This document shows, in pieces, positions 38,026-46,682 of a stretch of DNA of 60,922 nt (the first letter of the stretch is position 1; every line of letters starts with the position of its first letter). A program made the translations under genes and the position numbers. This stretch comes from Candidatus Kuenenia stuttgartensis (GTDB taxonomy: Bacteria; Planctomycetota; Planctomycetia; Pirellulales; UBA1268), in NCBI GenBank assembly GCA_945877135.1, contig CAMCQY010000005.1:1-60922 (forward strand), in the 5' to 3' direction. Under the pieces are notes generated by a model. The model was not told the DNA's origin. It ran no database searches and worked only from the letters and a program-made list of their open reading frames with translations.

Positions 38026-38987
38026 TGCCCTGCGCCGACCACGATCACGACCACGATGCCCACGGGCATGGCCACTCCCATAGCCACGGACACGCCCATG
38101 GTCTGTCGCTTGATCAGTTCGATCGGGCGATGGCGGCGGGTGTCGGCCTCAACACGCTGTTCGTCATCATCGAGTTCGCCACTGGCTTCTGGGCCGGCTC
38201 GCTGGCGCTGGTCGCCGATGCCGGCCACAATGCCGGCGACGTCGTCGGACTGCTCCTGGCCTGGGGGGCCAGCCAACTGGCACGGCGGCCTCCCTCTCGA
38301 CGTTACACCTGGGGCTTCCGCCGCGCCACGATCTACGCCGCACTTGCCAACGCCGTCCTCCTGCTCACCGCCTGCGGGGCGATCGTCTGGGAGGCATGGC
38401 ATCGGCTGCAGTCGCCAGAACCGGTCGCCGGGCCGGTGATGATCGCCGTGGCCGCCGTGGGTGTCGCGATCAACACGCTGACGGCCTTGCTCTTCATGCG
38501 GGGCCGCGAACGGGACGCAAACCTGCGGGGCGCGTTTCTGCACATGGCCGCCGACGCGGCGGTGTCGGCGGGCGTCGTGGTGGCCGGAATCGCAATCATG
38601 GTGACGGGCTGGACATGGATCGACCCCCTGGTGAGCATCGCGATCACGCTGGCGATCGTCGTCGGCACGTGGGATCTGTTCCGGGAAAGCATCGATCTGT
38701 CGCTCGACGCGGTGCCCCGCGGGATCGATCCCGACGCGATCAAGGAGGCGCTCGCCGCCATTTCCGGCGTCGTCGAGGTTCACGACCTGCATGTATGGGC
38801 AGCGAGCACGTCTGAAGTGACGCTCACAGCGCACCTGGTGGTGCCGGACAAAGACTTGCACGAAGCGGCACTGTCGGCCGCGACCACCCTGCTCCGCGAC
38901 CGCTTCCGGATCGCCCACACCACGATCCAACTCGAACGCGAGGCAGCGGGCGAGGCCTGCCTCCAGCGGCCCGCCGAAGTCTTGTGA
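38025..38987 (+). CDS. Cation diffusion facilitator (CzcD/ZitB-like Zn/Co/Cd exporter)
   Basis: His-rich N-terminus, SLALVADAGHN..D, NLRGAFLHMAAD, HDLHVW, HTTIQ.E. Confidence 0.93.
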   Translation: MPCADHDHDHDAHGHGHSHSHGHAHGLSLDQFDRAMAAGVGLNTLFVIIEFATGFWAGSLALVADAGHNAGDVVGLLLAWGASQLARRPPSRRYTWGFRRATIYAALANAVLLLTACGAIVWEAWHRLQSPEPVAGPVMIAVAAVGVAINTLTALLFMRGRERDANLRGAFLHMAADAAVSAGVVVAGIAIMVTGWTWIDPLVSIAITLAIVVGTWDLFRESIDLSLDAVPRGIDPDAIKEALAAISGVVEVHDLHVWAASTSEVTLTAHLVVPDKDLHEAALSAATTLLRDRFRIAHTTIQLEREAAGEACLQRPAEVL

Positions 38988-40427
38988 TCAGCGGCCGCGG
39001 ACGGCGAACCTCGCGACGCCAGCGAGCATGCGGCGAAACACCAGCTCGTGCAGTGGCCAGATGGCATACCAGTAGGCCAGGCCGCCAACGCCCCGCGGAT
39101 CGAAGATGGCCGTCTGATGGATCGTGACATCCCCATCGCGGGGCACCACCTCGAATTCCAACCAGCCTCGGCCCGGCATCTTCATCTCAGCCGCCAGCCG
39201 GAGCCGACGCGGCCGCTCGCAAAGTTCAACCTGCCAGCAGTCGAGTTTCTCCCCCGCTTCGACCCGCTCCGGATGCTGCCGGCCGCGTGACATGCCGGGG
39301 CCACCGATCATCGTGTCCATCCAGCCGCGCAGCTGCCACAGCCAGTTGCAGGCATACCAGCCGTTCGCGCCGCCGATCCTTTCGATCGCCGCAAATGCCC
39401 GGTCAGGGGAGACAGCCACCACGGTGTGCCGATGGTCAACCAGTCGCGTGCCCTCGGCCGTGCCGCCGTAGCGGTGTGGCAGATACTCCACATCGGTGAG
39501 ATCGGCCCAGCGCTTCCCTGCAAATGCGGTGTCTTCCTGGAGCATCGCCTCGTGGACAGCGACCGCGAGCGATCGGGGCCGGATCGCGAAGTCGTGGAGT
39601 GCAGCGTCGCTGGTCACCACGGTCGGATTTTTAAGTCCGTCGATCAACTTGCGCCCCACCTTCGAATACTTTGGAGTCACAAGCTTGAGCCACAGGCTCG
39701 ACAGGCGCGGCGTCAGCACAGGCACCGGAATCATCAGCCGCCACAGGCCCCGCTGCCGGGCATATTCCTGCATGATCGCGCCATACGACACCCTGTCCGG
39801 CCCACCGATCTCAAATATCCGCGGCTCTCCTTCGGGCAGGTCGATAGCCGCCGCGAGGTAGGCCACCACATCGGTGATCGCGATCGGCTGCGTGGGCGTG
39901 GCCAGCCATGCCGGGCAGATCATGACCGGCAGCCGTTCTACGAGCGTTCGCACCAGATCGAAGGAAAAACTTCCGGCCCCGATCACAATCGAGGCTCGGA
40001 ATTCCACCACGTCGAGCCCGCTGGCCCGGAGGATCGCCCCCACTTCATGACGGCTCCGCAGGTGCGCGGAAAGCCGATCGTCTTCGTCGCCCAAGCCACC
40101 CAAATAGATGATCCGGCGTACGCCGGCGGCCTTCGCCGCGGCCGCAAATCGCTCGGCCGCCAGCCGATCGGCCCGCTCGAAATCGACACCACTCTCCATC
40201 GAGTGGACGAGCCAGTAGGCCACGTCAACGCCATCGCAGGCCCGCGCCAGCGCGTCGGGATCAGCCGCGTCGCCGCCGATGACCTCGGTGGTCGGGCTGA
40301 CCAGTTCGGTGAGCTTGGCGGGCCGACGTGCCAGGCACCGCACGGTCTCGCCGCGTGCCTCGAGTTGCTTGAGCAGCACGCCCCCCACGTAGCCCGTCGC
40401 GCCGGTGAGGAGAATGCGGTGATTCAC
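38988..40427 (-). CDS. YbjT-like atypical SDR with DUF2867-type C-terminal domain
   Basis: TGATGYVG, YWLVHSM, SAHLRSR.EV, IGG.NGWY, LAAEMKMPG.GWL, GLAYWY. Confidence 0.88.
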   Translation of the reverse strand: MNHRILLTGATGYVGGVLLKQLEARGETVRCLARRPAKLTELVSPTTEVIGGDAADPDALARACDGVDVAYWLVHSMESGVDFERADRLAAERFAAAAKAAGVRRIIYLGGLGDEDDRLSAHLRSRHEVGAILRASGLDVVEFRASIVIGAGSFSFDLVRTLVERLPVMICPAWLATPTQPIAITDVVAYLAAAIDLPEGEPRIFEIGGPDRVSYGAIMQEYARQRGLWRLMIPVPVLTPRLSSLWLKLVTPKYSKVGRKLIDGLKNPTVVTSDAALHDFAIRPRSLAVAVHEAMLQEDTAFAGKRWADLTDVEYLPHRYGGTAEGTRLVDHRHTVVAVSPDRAFAAIERIGGANGWYACNWLWQLRGWMDTMIGGPGMSRGRQHPERVEAGEKLDCWQVELCERPRRLRLAAEMKMPGRGWLEFEVVPRDGDVTIHQTAIFDPRGVGGLAYWYAIWPLHELVFRRMLAGVARFAVRGR

Positions 40428-41272
40428 GGCTCGTCAACTTCGAAGGCCCGGTCCATCAGTTCCGGATTGCCGGTCTTCAGTCCGTAGAGAAACCAGCGCA
40501 CCCGCTGCTCGCTGGTGCCGTGCGTGAAGGCGTCGGGCACGACATAACCCTGGGCCTGCTTCTGGATGCGGTCGTCGCCGATCGCCGCGGCGGCGTTGAC
40601 CGCCTCACGGATATCCTCCTCATCGAGGATGCCAGCATAGCGGGCCACGTGATGGGCCCAGACGCCGGCGAGAAAGTCGGCCTGCAGTTCCATACGGACC
40701 GAGAGTTTGTTGTAGTCGCGGTCGGAGAGCCGCTGACGCATCGACTGCACCTTGTTGCTGATGCCGAGCTGGTTTTGGACGTGATGGCCGATCTCGTGGG
40801 CGATCACATAGGCCTGGGCGAAGTCACCCGGGGCACCGAACCGTCGCTTCAGTTCGTCATAGAAGGCGAGGTCGATGTAGACCTTCTTGTCGAGCGGACA
40901 GTAGAAGGGCCCGGCTGCGGCGCTTGCCATGCCGCAAGCACTCTGCACCCGGCCGGAAAAGAGCACGAGCGTGGGCGGCGCGTAGCGGCCGCGGAAGTGC
41001 TTGGGGAAGAGCCTGCCCCAGACATCTTCATTGTCGGCGAGCACGACCTTCACCATCTTGGTCATCTCGTCGTTGATCGGCTTCGCCGGCGCCTGTTGCT
41101 GGGGCCCCGCGAGGTCGGGCGCGATCTGCGCCACCATCTGCGGGTCAAAGCCCAGGAACATCATCGCCAGCATGAGCAGCAGCGTGATCAATCCGCCGCC
41201 CACGAGCACCGGACCACCGATCCCGCGACGATCCTCAACGTTCTCACTCTGCCGACGGCCTTCCCAACGCAT
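40424..41272 (-). CDS. YpfJ-like neutral zinc metallopeptidase
   Basis: MRW..RRQSENVEDRR, SACG..GPFYCP.D, AHEIGHHVQ, ELQAD, FTHGTSEQR. Confidence 0.93.
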   Translation of the reverse strand: MRWEGRRQSENVEDRRGIGGPVLVGGGLITLLLMLAMMFLGFDPQMVAQIAPDLAGPQQQAPAKPINDEMTKMVKVVLADNEDVWGRLFPKHFRGRYAPPTLVLFSGRVQSACGMASAAAGPFYCPLDKKVYIDLAFYDELKRRFGAPGDFAQAYVIAHEIGHHVQNQLGISNKVQSMRQRLSDRDYNKLSVRMELQADFLAGVWAHHVARYAGILDEEDIREAVNAAAAIGDDRIQKQAQGYVVPDAFTHGTSEQRVRWFLYGLKTGNPELMDRAFEVDEP

Positions 41273-41382
41273 GGACTCTGTTCTCCGAAAGAGACGATGA
41301 CACAGATGGACGATGACACATTCCGAGCAATGTACCACGTCCGATCGGCGTCAACACGTCCCCGGCAGCAACGCGGCCGACG

Positions 41383-42807
41383 TCACTCCGGCAGCGGGCG
41401 GCCCTTGGTTTCCGGTAGGAATGGCAGCACCGCCAATCCCAAGAGGAAGGCCGCACACATCGCCAGACCGGCAGGCCGCATCGGCTCCCGCATCCACTCA
41501 GGACTCTGGATGCCCGCGAACACGGTGCTCGACAACTGCCCGAGGAGAAACGGCCCGCTGGCGGCGACGAAGCGGCCGACGTTGTAGCAGAAGCTCGTGC
41601 CGGTGCTGCGAAGCCTGGTCGGGAAGAGTTCCGGGAAATAGATCGCATAGCCGGCGAACAGCGAAAGCTGGCAGAAGCCCATGAGGGGGAGCATCCAGAA
41701 GATCTCGGAAATCTCGTCGAGATAGCGGAAGACCATCGCCGTCGAGAGCATCGCCGCCGTGAAGGCAAGGGCAAAGAACGGCTTGCGGCCAATCTGCTGA
41801 CAGATCCGGGCGGCCAGCATCATGCTGATGAAGGCGCCGATCTGGATCATCATCATCGCCACGCCCGTCCAGATCGTGAGACGTCCGGCAAGCTCCTGGC
41901 CGGTGAATCCCTGCGCCTTGAACGACTTCTCGAACACGCTCCGTTGGAGGTCGATCGCGAAGAAGCCGATGCCCCAGAGGCCGATCACGCCGGAACAGGC
42001 CAGCAGCATGCCGAGGATGGCGTTCTTCCGCCAGCGTGGATCGGCAAAGAGCGCGCCATAGCCGCCGAGCTTCTCGCCTGTCTTCGCCGCCCGCGCCTTC
42101 ATCTCCTGCCAACGCTCCGGCTCTTTGAGTCCCGCGCGGATGACCAGTGCCAACAGGGCCGGAAGGGCGCCGATCACAAACTTCCACCGCCACGGTTCCC
42201 AGCCGAAAATCTTGCTGCCCATGTGGAGCTGCGCCTGGCCGAGACCGATGCCGATCAACGCGGCGAGGAAGTTGCCGACCGCCGAGAGCGCCTGGAGCAG
42301 GCCGAGCGCGTAGGGCCGTGCCCGGTCGGGCATCACCTCCGCCACGAGGGCCACGCCCACCGCAAACTCGCCGCCGACACCCAACCCAGTGATGAATCGG
42401 TAGAAGGCGAAATCCCAGAAGCCCTGCGAAAGCGCCGACAGGCCTGTGCAGAGCGAGTAGATGACGATCGTGATCATCATCGTCTTGGCGCGGCCCAGCC
42501 GGTCGCCGACCACACCGAAGATGAGGCCGCCGGTCGCCCAGCCGAGCATGAAGATACAGGTGGAGAGTCCGCCGTAGAAATCCACCGCCTTGGGATCAGC
42601 CGCGGCATCCGCCGTCGCCAGCAGCGTCTGCATCGCCGGCTTCCTCGCCAGATTGAAGAGCTGCTGGTCGAGGCAGTCGAAGAGCCAGCCGAGCGCCGCC
42701 ACCGTCAGCACGAACCAGTGGTAGCGGTTCATGCCGCGATACCAGGGCCCGTCGGCCGGATCGTAGACGGTCGAACCCGACGATTCAAAATGCGGCAGGT
42801 CGGCCAT
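41383..42807 (-). CDS. MFS transporter
   Basis: GWLFDCLD, GDRLGRAK motif A, GLGVGGEF, PELFPTRLR.TG, LPETKG. Confidence 0.93.
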   Translation of the reverse strand: MADLPHFESSGSTVYDPADGPWYRGMNRYHWFVLTVAALGWLFDCLDQQLFNLARKPAMQTLLATADAAADPKAVDFYGGLSTCIFMLGWATGGLIFGVVGDRLGRAKTMMITIVIYSLCTGLSALSQGFWDFAFYRFITGLGVGGEFAVGVALVAEVMPDRARPYALGLLQALSAVGNFLAALIGIGLGQAQLHMGSKIFGWEPWRWKFVIGALPALLALVIRAGLKEPERWQEMKARAAKTGEKLGGYGALFADPRWRKNAILGMLLACSGVIGLWGIGFFAIDLQRSVFEKSFKAQGFTGQELAGRLTIWTGVAMMMIQIGAFISMMLAARICQQIGRKPFFALAFTAAMLSTAMVFRYLDEISEIFWMLPLMGFCQLSLFAGYAIYFPELFPTRLRSTGTSFCYNVGRFVAASGPFLLGQLSSTVFAGIQSPEWMREPMRPAGLAMCAAFLLGLAVLPFLPETKGRPLPE

Positions 42808-42909
42808 GACAACTGTTCCCTCCGAGGCTCACCGAGAAGTACTCCGGCCGCGGAGCATAGCCCAAAACCGTCTTGGTCGCATCCCCCTTGCGCACCGCCC
42901 TCTAGACAG

Positions 42910-43413
42910 CTACTTCCACATGTAGAAGGCGTCGAAGAACCGGTCGTAGAGCCGGTGGAGGCGCGGATGGGGGCAGTCGTCGTGCGTGCCGGTGCGGGGC
43001 CGGCAGGGGCCCTCATAGATCGGCCCGCCCGATGGCACTCCCTGCACGCCAACGAGATCGTAGGGGACAGGAGGCATGCTCGGATGGCAGGGCGGCGGCG
43101 GCACGCAGGGCGGCAGCGCCCGCGGTTCCCCGCACCGATGCAGTGGCTCGAGCGGCGACTGCCAGTCGGCCCACGAGTCGGTCCGCGGCTTGGTCATCTT
43201 CGCCATCACTTGGCTGGCATCCTGTCCGGTCTTCTCCGGACTGATCCGCTGGGTGCCCTTGAGCGGATCGGCCTGCTTAACGGCGGCGTCTTCGGACTTC
43301 TTTTCATCTGCTGCCGGTGATGTCCCGGCGGCAACAGCGGCGAGAGCCAGTGCGAACACCTGCAACCGACCCCACCGACGCACGCCGAGCCCGGAACACA
43401 ATTGCGGTATCAT
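42910..43413 (-). CDS. Secreted Pro/Cys-rich hypothetical protein
   Basis: GGGAGG RBS before ATG 43413; signal-like region; CGEP..PPCVPPPPCHP. Confidence 0.6.
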   Translation of the reverse strand: MIPQLCSGLGVRRWGRLQVFALALAAVAAGTSPAADEKKSEDAAVKQADPLKGTQRISPEKTGQDASQVMAKMTKPRTDSWADWQSPLEPLHRCGEPRALPPCVPPPPCHPSMPPVPYDLVGVQGVPSGGPIYEGPCRPRTGTHDDCPHPRLHRLYDRFFDAFYMWK

Positions 43414-43539
43414 GATATCGCCCTCCCCGCATCCACATCGGCTGTTGGGAAACCGCCGCTGGAGATCGACTGCCACGATCGATCGGCCGCTGGCAAACGG
43501 CGCAGGCTCGGCGGAGCAGGCAAGCAACTGGCACCTCCC

Positions 43540-44736
43540 ATGACGCGACCGCTGATCGATTCCATCTCCCTGCTCGATGGACTGGAGGCCTCCGGTTCGC
43601 GGGTCGTCATCGTCGCAACCGGGGGAGGTTCGTCGGCGATTCCCCACCTGCTGGCCACCCCTGGGGCGAGCAGCGTGGTGCTCGAGTGCCTGGTACCCTA
43701 CGCGAGAGAGGCCGTTGACCGTGTGCTGGGCGGGCCTCAGGAGAGCTACTGCTCGTCGCAGACAGCAAGACGGCTGGCGGTGATGGCGTGGCAACGGGCA
43801 TGCGGACTCGGAGCCACACCGGCCACCGCGATCGGCGTCGCGGTGACGGCCAGCCTGCGGTCGCGCGTGCCAAAGCGCGGCCCTCACCGGATCGTGGTCG
43901 CAGTGCACGGCCTCGACGCGACGAGCGTGGCTGCGCTCGTGCTCCACAAGGAGGCCCGGTCGCGGGCCGAGGAGGAGACGGTCGCGGCGGCATTGCTGCT
44001 GGAGCGGCTCGCTCGCTTCACGAGCGGGTGCCGCTCACCTTCATCGCCGGTTGCCTTGGGGCTTCGCGACGACGAACACGTCGAGATCAGCTGCTGTGAG
44101 CCCGCGGCCCCATGGCGCGAACTGCTCGCCCTCGCGCGGCCCGCGGTGCACGCCAGTCACGATCCATCGAGGCCGCAGCCTGCGGCGATCGCGCTCTCCG
44201 CCGACACGCCACCCGCTGCAGGCATGCTCGTCTTTCCGGGTTCGTTCGATCCGCTCCACGAGGGGCACCTGCGGATGGCGCGTGTCGCCGAGGAGATCGC
44301 CGGACGACCGCTCGACTTCGAACTGTCGGTCATGAATGTCGATAAGCCGGCTCTCGATTACCTGGAGATGGAGTCGCGGGCAGCACAGTTCGCCGGCCGT
44401 TCGCTCTGGTTCACGCGGGCAGCCACCTTCGTCGAGAAGCTCGACGTCTTTCCGGAGGGCACCTTCGTGATGGGGGCCGACACGTATGCGCGGCTCGCGA
44501 ATCCCACCTACTATGGCGGTTGGGCCGAGGCGGCGGATCGGGCCGCGCAACGGATCGCCACGCAGGCCCGCGGCCTGATCGTGTTTGGAAGAGAGCGAAA
44601 CGGCGAGTTCGAGGATCCCGCACGGCTCGTCGTGCCGCCGGCCCTGAGGGCGGTGACGACCTTTGTGTCGCAGCGGGAGTTTCGCATGGACATCTCAAGC
44701 ACGGCACTGAGGCGTCAACGTGATGCGATCGACTGA
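43540..44736 (+). CDS. CinA/PncC-like domain fused to HxGH nucleotidyltransferase (NadD-like)
   Basis: TGGG...LL..PGAS..V.E..VPY, S...A..LA; FPGSFDPLHEGH, N.DKP, VMGADT, DISST.LR. Confidence 0.78.
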   Translation: MTRPLIDSISLLDGLEASGSRVVIVATGGGSSAIPHLLATPGASSVVLECLVPYAREAVDRVLGGPQESYCSSQTARRLAVMAWQRACGLGATPATAIGVAVTASLRSRVPKRGPHRIVVAVHGLDATSVAALVLHKEARSRAEEETVAAALLLERLARFTSGCRSPSSPVALGLRDDEHVEISCCEPAAPWRELLALARPAVHASHDPSRPQPAAIALSADTPPAAGMLVFPGSFDPLHEGHLRMARVAEEIAGRPLDFELSVMNVDKPALDYLEMESRAAQFAGRSLWFTRAATFVEKLDVFPEGTFVMGADTYARLANPTYYGGWAEAADRAAQRIATQARGLIVFGRERNGEFEDPARLVVPPALRAVTTFVSQREFRMDISSTALRRQRDAID

Positions 44737-45994
44737 CTCCCGGCGGCTGAAAAAGGTGCCTCTGCAAAAGGTGAGCGTTACCTTTTTCCGCAGCATCGCG
44801 TGGGCATTGCTGCTCGCCTGCGTGGGCTCGACACACGCCGACGAACTTGCCACCACGCTCGAGCCACATGTCGGCCAGACGCTCGACCTCGTGGAATTGG
44901 GGTCGGGCAAGCGGCTGGTGCGGCCGGTGCTCGAGGGGATCACAACCCGCAGCGACCGGGCCACGGCGATCCGCCTGCGCGGCGAGGGCGAGTCGAAGAC
45001 GATGAGCGTGCCGGTGAGCGGGATCGCCAGGATCATCGCGGGCCGCGAGACGATCCACGAGGCCGACGCCAAGGCCTCGAGCACGGCGCTGGCCCGCAGC
45101 CGCCGCGTCCGCGATCTCCACGACCGGCAGGTGGCGGAGTCGCGGGCACGGATGGAGGCGAATGGCGTCGAGCCCTGGCCGTCGCTCTCGGCCGAGGAGC
45201 ATGCAACGCAGGTGGCTGAACTGGAGGCCTTCCTGGCCGAGGTGCAGAAAGACTTTCCGGCCCTCGCGGTGAGCCAGACGCATGAGTTTCTCGTCGCCAC
45301 CGACATCCCGGCCGCACAGATGGCGCCATTCACGGCGAAGCTCGATGCCATGCACGATTTCCTCTGCGATCTCTACGGCATCCCGCGGGGAGAACCGGTC
45401 TGGAAAGGAAAGTGCCTGGTGATCGCCTTTCTCCGCGAGGAGGACTTTATTGCCTTTGAACCCAGGTTCATGAAGGTCGAGACGAGGGGGGCGCACGGAC
45501 TCTGCCACCAGCGGAGCGATGGCCGTGTGGTAATGGCCTGCCATCGGGGCAACGACCAGTCAGCCTTCGCCCACATGCTCGTCCATGAGACGAGCCACGG
45601 CTTCAATCACCGCTGGATGTCGCCGGAGCATCTGCCGAACTGGCTCAACGAGGGGATCGCCGAGTGGGTCGGCACGCAGGTTGTGCCGCACTGCCGGCAG
45701 GTGCCGATGAAGGAGGCCCGGGCGGCCGAATTCATCAAGGCGAGCGGCGGCGTCGGCGAGAACTTCTTCGCGGCCGATCCCGACCATCACATCGCGGCCG
45801 TGCAATACGGCATCGCATCGAGCCTCGTGAAATTCATGGTGGCCCGCGACAGGAAGAAGTTTGCCGCGTTCGTCCGCGGCATCAAGGAGGGAATGTCGGT
45901 CGATGAGAGCCTCAAGGACTCGTTCGACGCATCACTCGCCGACCTCGTCGCCGCTTATGGGAAAGCCATAGGCGCGCCCGGCCTCAAGCAATAA
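44720..45994 (+). CDS. Secreted gluzincin-type metallopeptidase domain protein
   Basis: LVHETSH ... PNWLNEGIAE; signal-like N-terminus; start uncertain. Confidence 0.72.
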   Translation: MMRSTDSRRLKKVPLQKVSVTFFRSIAWALLLACVGSTHADELATTLEPHVGQTLDLVELGSGKRLVRPVLEGITTRSDRATAIRLRGEGESKTMSVPVSGIARIIAGRETIHEADAKASSTALARSRRVRDLHDRQVAESRARMEANGVEPWPSLSAEEHATQVAELEAFLAEVQKDFPALAVSQTHEFLVATDIPAAQMAPFTAKLDAMHDFLCDLYGIPRGEPVWKGKCLVIAFLREEDFIAFEPRFMKVETRGAHGLCHQRSDGRVVMACHRGNDQSAFAHMLVHETSHGFNHRWMSPEHLPNWLNEGIAEWVGTQVVPHCRQVPMKEARAAEFIKASGGVGENFFAADPDHHIAAVQYGIASSLVKFMVARDRKKFAAFVRGIKEGMSVDESLKDSFDASLADLVAAYGKAIGAPGLKQ

Positions 45995-46682
45995 GGCCAC
46001 GTTTGACGAGCGTCCGAAGGCCCTCCAACACTCGCGAAAAACGCGTGCGTGCGCGATCAACGGCCTGGGTTTGCTGTCGGTCACGCTGCCGTTTCATCTG
46101 GAGCTCCCTGCCAGACATCTTGATGCGGCCGCTGGCAATGTCGAGGTCTTCGCGGGCGAGTTGTTGCGTCCGCTGTGCGGCCCTCCCCTGGAACGACTGA
46201 AACTGCGACTCAATCAGTTGGAGCGCCTGCTGGTAGCGGCCCAGGCGGAATTCACAGTCGCGGACCTGGATGATGGTGGCGATGCCCGGCACCAGGCCGC
46301 TGCGTTGGGCGGCGTCGATAAGCTGGCTCAGGGAGCCGACGTCCAGGATCTGGTCGCGTTCGCTCGGATCGACCGCCTTCGGCTGCACGACGTAGACACG
46401 CTGTCGTTCGATCGCTGCCTGCAGCCGATCAACCGCCAGCGGCTTCATCGGAGTGTCGTGCATGCAGGAGCGAAAATGGAGGTACCCATCCACGATCGCC
46501 GGCGAGTGCGTCTGAATGAGTGAGTTGCTTCCGGCCCCGATGACGAAATAGACAGACTCCGAATCGAACCGCTGGTCGGGCTGCATCAGGTTCACGGTGA
46601 ACGTCGATCGCAGGACGGCAAGCTGGTCATCGATCGTGGCGGCCTGCGCGAGTGATTCGACGAGGCTCTTCATCCAAGTCAC
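45984..46682 (-). CDS. Hypothetical protein
   Basis: GTGA overlap with decarboxylase stop; coiled C-terminus. Confidence 0.6.
   Translation of the reverse strand: MTWMKSLVESLAQAATIDDQLAVLRSTFTVNLMQPDQRFDSESVYFVIGAGSNSLIQTHSPAIVDGYLHFRSCMHDTPMKPLAVDRLQAAIERQRVYVVQPKAVDPSERDQILDVGSLSQLIDAAQRSGLVPGIATIIQVRDCEFRLGRYQQALQLIESQFQSFQGRAAQRTQQLAREDLDIASGRIKMSGRELQMKRQRDRQQTQAVDRARTRFSRVLEGLRTLVKRGLIA

Noticed and set aside
37611-38930. Apparent long overlap of MarC and CDF ORFs
   Set aside because: Artefact of ORF extension; true starts at 38009 and 38025 do not overlap
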